Origin: Candidatus Iainarchaeum sp.
GTDB taxonomy: Archaea > Iainarchaeota > Iainarchaeia > Iainarchaeales > CSSED10-239
Reading direction: 5' to 3'
DNA length: 5,776 nt
NCBI GenBank assembly: GCA_028700905.1
Contig: JAQVRT010000042.1
Span: 1 to 5,776 of the forward strand
Within the stretch, counting starts at the first letter, position 1. Each line of letters begins with the position of its first letter. The position numbers and the translations under genes were made by a program. The notes beneath the pieces are model-generated. The model saw nothing but the letters and a program-made list of their open reading frames with translations, did no database searches and was not told where the DNA came from. Shown piece by piece: positions 4,667-5,776 of the stretch.

Positions 4667-5776
4667 TTAACCATAATCATTTACAATCATGCTATAAACA
4701 CGTCCACTATTAGTTACATAAGCACCCCATTGACCAGAATTTCTAGTTGAGTGAGTAACATCATAAAGCCAATTTGCAGGTTCTGGATCTCCAACTTCCC
4801 AATATTTACATTTCTTTGAAGATCCAAAAGAAGAAATTTTCATATAATATTGTCCTGAATTAATTTTCCAAGAACCATCTACATCTGCACTAGTTATCTT
4901 AGAACCCCCATAATAAAACCAAGCACCACTTTGCTCATAATTATATCTAATATAACAAGTATAATATGCAGATGTACTTCCTAAATTAAATAAAATACCA
5001 GCTCTTCCCATATCTGCTGAAGGAGCAACAATTGCAGTAATTACAATATTATCTTCAGTAGTTAATCCACGATAAGCAAGACCAGGCCCACTATCCCAAT
5101 TTGCAGACATACGAAAAGGATTCCAACTAATATCATTATGTGTACTCCATCCAGTACTTGTATCTAAATCATCATCATAAATAGGAGGAGACTCTATTAC
5201 AACATTTATATTTGAACTTGTTGCAGTTCTTCCAGCACCATCTGTAACAGTAACTCTTATATATTTTGTACCTGCAGAAGTAAAATTATATGATGGATTT
5301 GAAACTGAAGATCCAAAAACAATCCAACTACTTGTACCATTAAGACTATATTCCCAAACATAAGAAGATACTCCAGAAACTGCATTACTTACAGAAGAAT
5401 TAAAAGTAATATTTGGAGTTGCACTTGTACTATAGATAGTACCAGTTGTTGGAGAAGTAACACTTACAGCTAAAGGATCACTAATTAAAATATTTCCAAC
5501 AGTATCAGAATAAACTTGATTAATAGGAGAAGGTCTTGAAGAATCTGTAACTAAAACTCTAAACTCATAAGTCCCACCTGTTGCAAAACCATTTGTTGTA
5601 GTATAACTATTAGAACCAAAATTTGTCCAACCAGTACTGTTTCTATTAAATTGCCATTGATAAGATTTAGTACCAATTGCATTTGAAACACTTACATCAA
5701 AATAAATCCCTTCACTAAGATTATAAACATCACTTGCATCAGGAGTATTAATAGTTGCTGTTAATGGAAGAACAAC
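4667..5776 (-). CDS. Secreted or surface protein, partial (N-terminus beyond the right edge): at least two tandem PKD-like Ig-fold repeats plus a C-terminal concanavalin-A-like (LamG/DUF1080-type) jelly-roll domain
   Basis: The track lists only 4667-5110, from an internal Met. My hand translation shows the same frame open all the way to 5776: VVLPLTATINTPDASDVYNLSEGIYFDVSVSNAIGTKSYQWQFNRNSTGWTNFGSNSYTTTNGFATGGTYEFRVLVTDSS...ILISDP / LAVSVTSPTTGTIYSTSATPNITFNSSVSNAVSGVSSYVWEYSLNGTSSWIVFGSSVSNPSYNFTSAGTKYIRVTVTDGAGRTATSSNINVVIESPP / IYDDDLDTSTGWSTHNDISWNPFRMSANWDSG... The SY.W.F/Y and G.Y..RV.VTD..G motifs are PKD hallmarks. The C-terminal roughly 170 aa has the G.AGI.F......YY...I, G.YYMKI..G and G.WG.....G..Y...V pattern of lectin/LamG-like beta-sandwiches. 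Confidence 0.8.
   Translation of the reverse strand, partial: VVLPLTATINTPDASDVYNLSEGIYFDVSVSNAIGTKSYQWQFNRNSTGWTNFGSNSYTTTNGFATGGTYEFRVLVTDSSRPSPINQVYSDTVGNILISDPLAVSVTSPTTGTIYSTSATPNITFNSSVSNAVSGVSSYVWEYSLNGTSSWIVFGSSVSNPSYNFTSAGTKYIRVTVTDGAGRTATSSNINVVIESPPIYDDDLDTSTGWSTHNDISWNPFRMSANWDSGPGLAYRGLTTEDNIVITAIVAPSADMGRAGILFNLGSTSAYYTCYIRYNYEQSGAWFYYGGSKITSADVDGSWKINSGQYYMKISSFGSSKKCKYWEVGDPEPANWLYDVTHSTRNSGQWGAYVTNSGRVYSMIVNDYG

Noticed and set aside
1-5776. CRISPR array, mobile element, defence or toxin-antitoxin system, or alternative genetic code
   Set aside because: The only direct repeats are two-unit contiguous duplications (20 and 21 bp) without spacers. There are no transposase, integrase or Cas-like ORFs and no terminal inverted repeats flanking a gene. 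All the ORFs read cleanly with standard TAA/TGA stops and contain no in-frame stops, so nothing suggests stop-codon reassignment.

Overview
Very AT-rich, tightly packed, probably archaeal sequence. The evidence is an archaeal/eukaryotic-type ribosomal protein uL16 (L10e), GGAGG/AGGTG ribosome-binding sites 6-9 nt upstream of starts, and oligo-T tracts after genes. The composition and gene content would fit a small-genome (DPANN-like) archaeon, but I cannot establish taxonomy from the sequence alone. All seven supportable genes lie on the minus strand. In transcription order they are: a partial secreted protein with two PKD-like repeats and a lectin-like jelly-roll C-terminus; uL16/L10e with a long Lys/Ala-rich tail; a THUMP/Trm11-like RNA methyltransferase; nucleoside diphosphate kinase; a small multi-pass membrane protein; a HAD-IA hydrolase; and a class I SAM methyltransferase that runs off the left edge. 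I see no rRNA, tRNA, CRISPR array, transposase/integrase or recognisable defence genes, and no convincing multi-gene novel system; this is mostly housekeeping sequence. Six things merit a second look: (1) the roughly 57-aa polycationic tail on uL16; (2) the unusually long 390-bp non-coding spacer upstream of rpl10e, which holds a nested 44-nt hairpin, a second palindrome, a polypurine tract and a 20-bp tandem repeat; (3) a 21-bp in-frame tandem duplication that copies the ndk stop codon; (4) a Trm11-like enzyme with a degenerate motif IV; (5) the PKD-lectin surface protein; (6) an internally repeated motif in the small membrane protein. Three track ORFs (2777-2980 +, 3499-3729 -, 4085-4315 +) are rejected as shadow ORFs.
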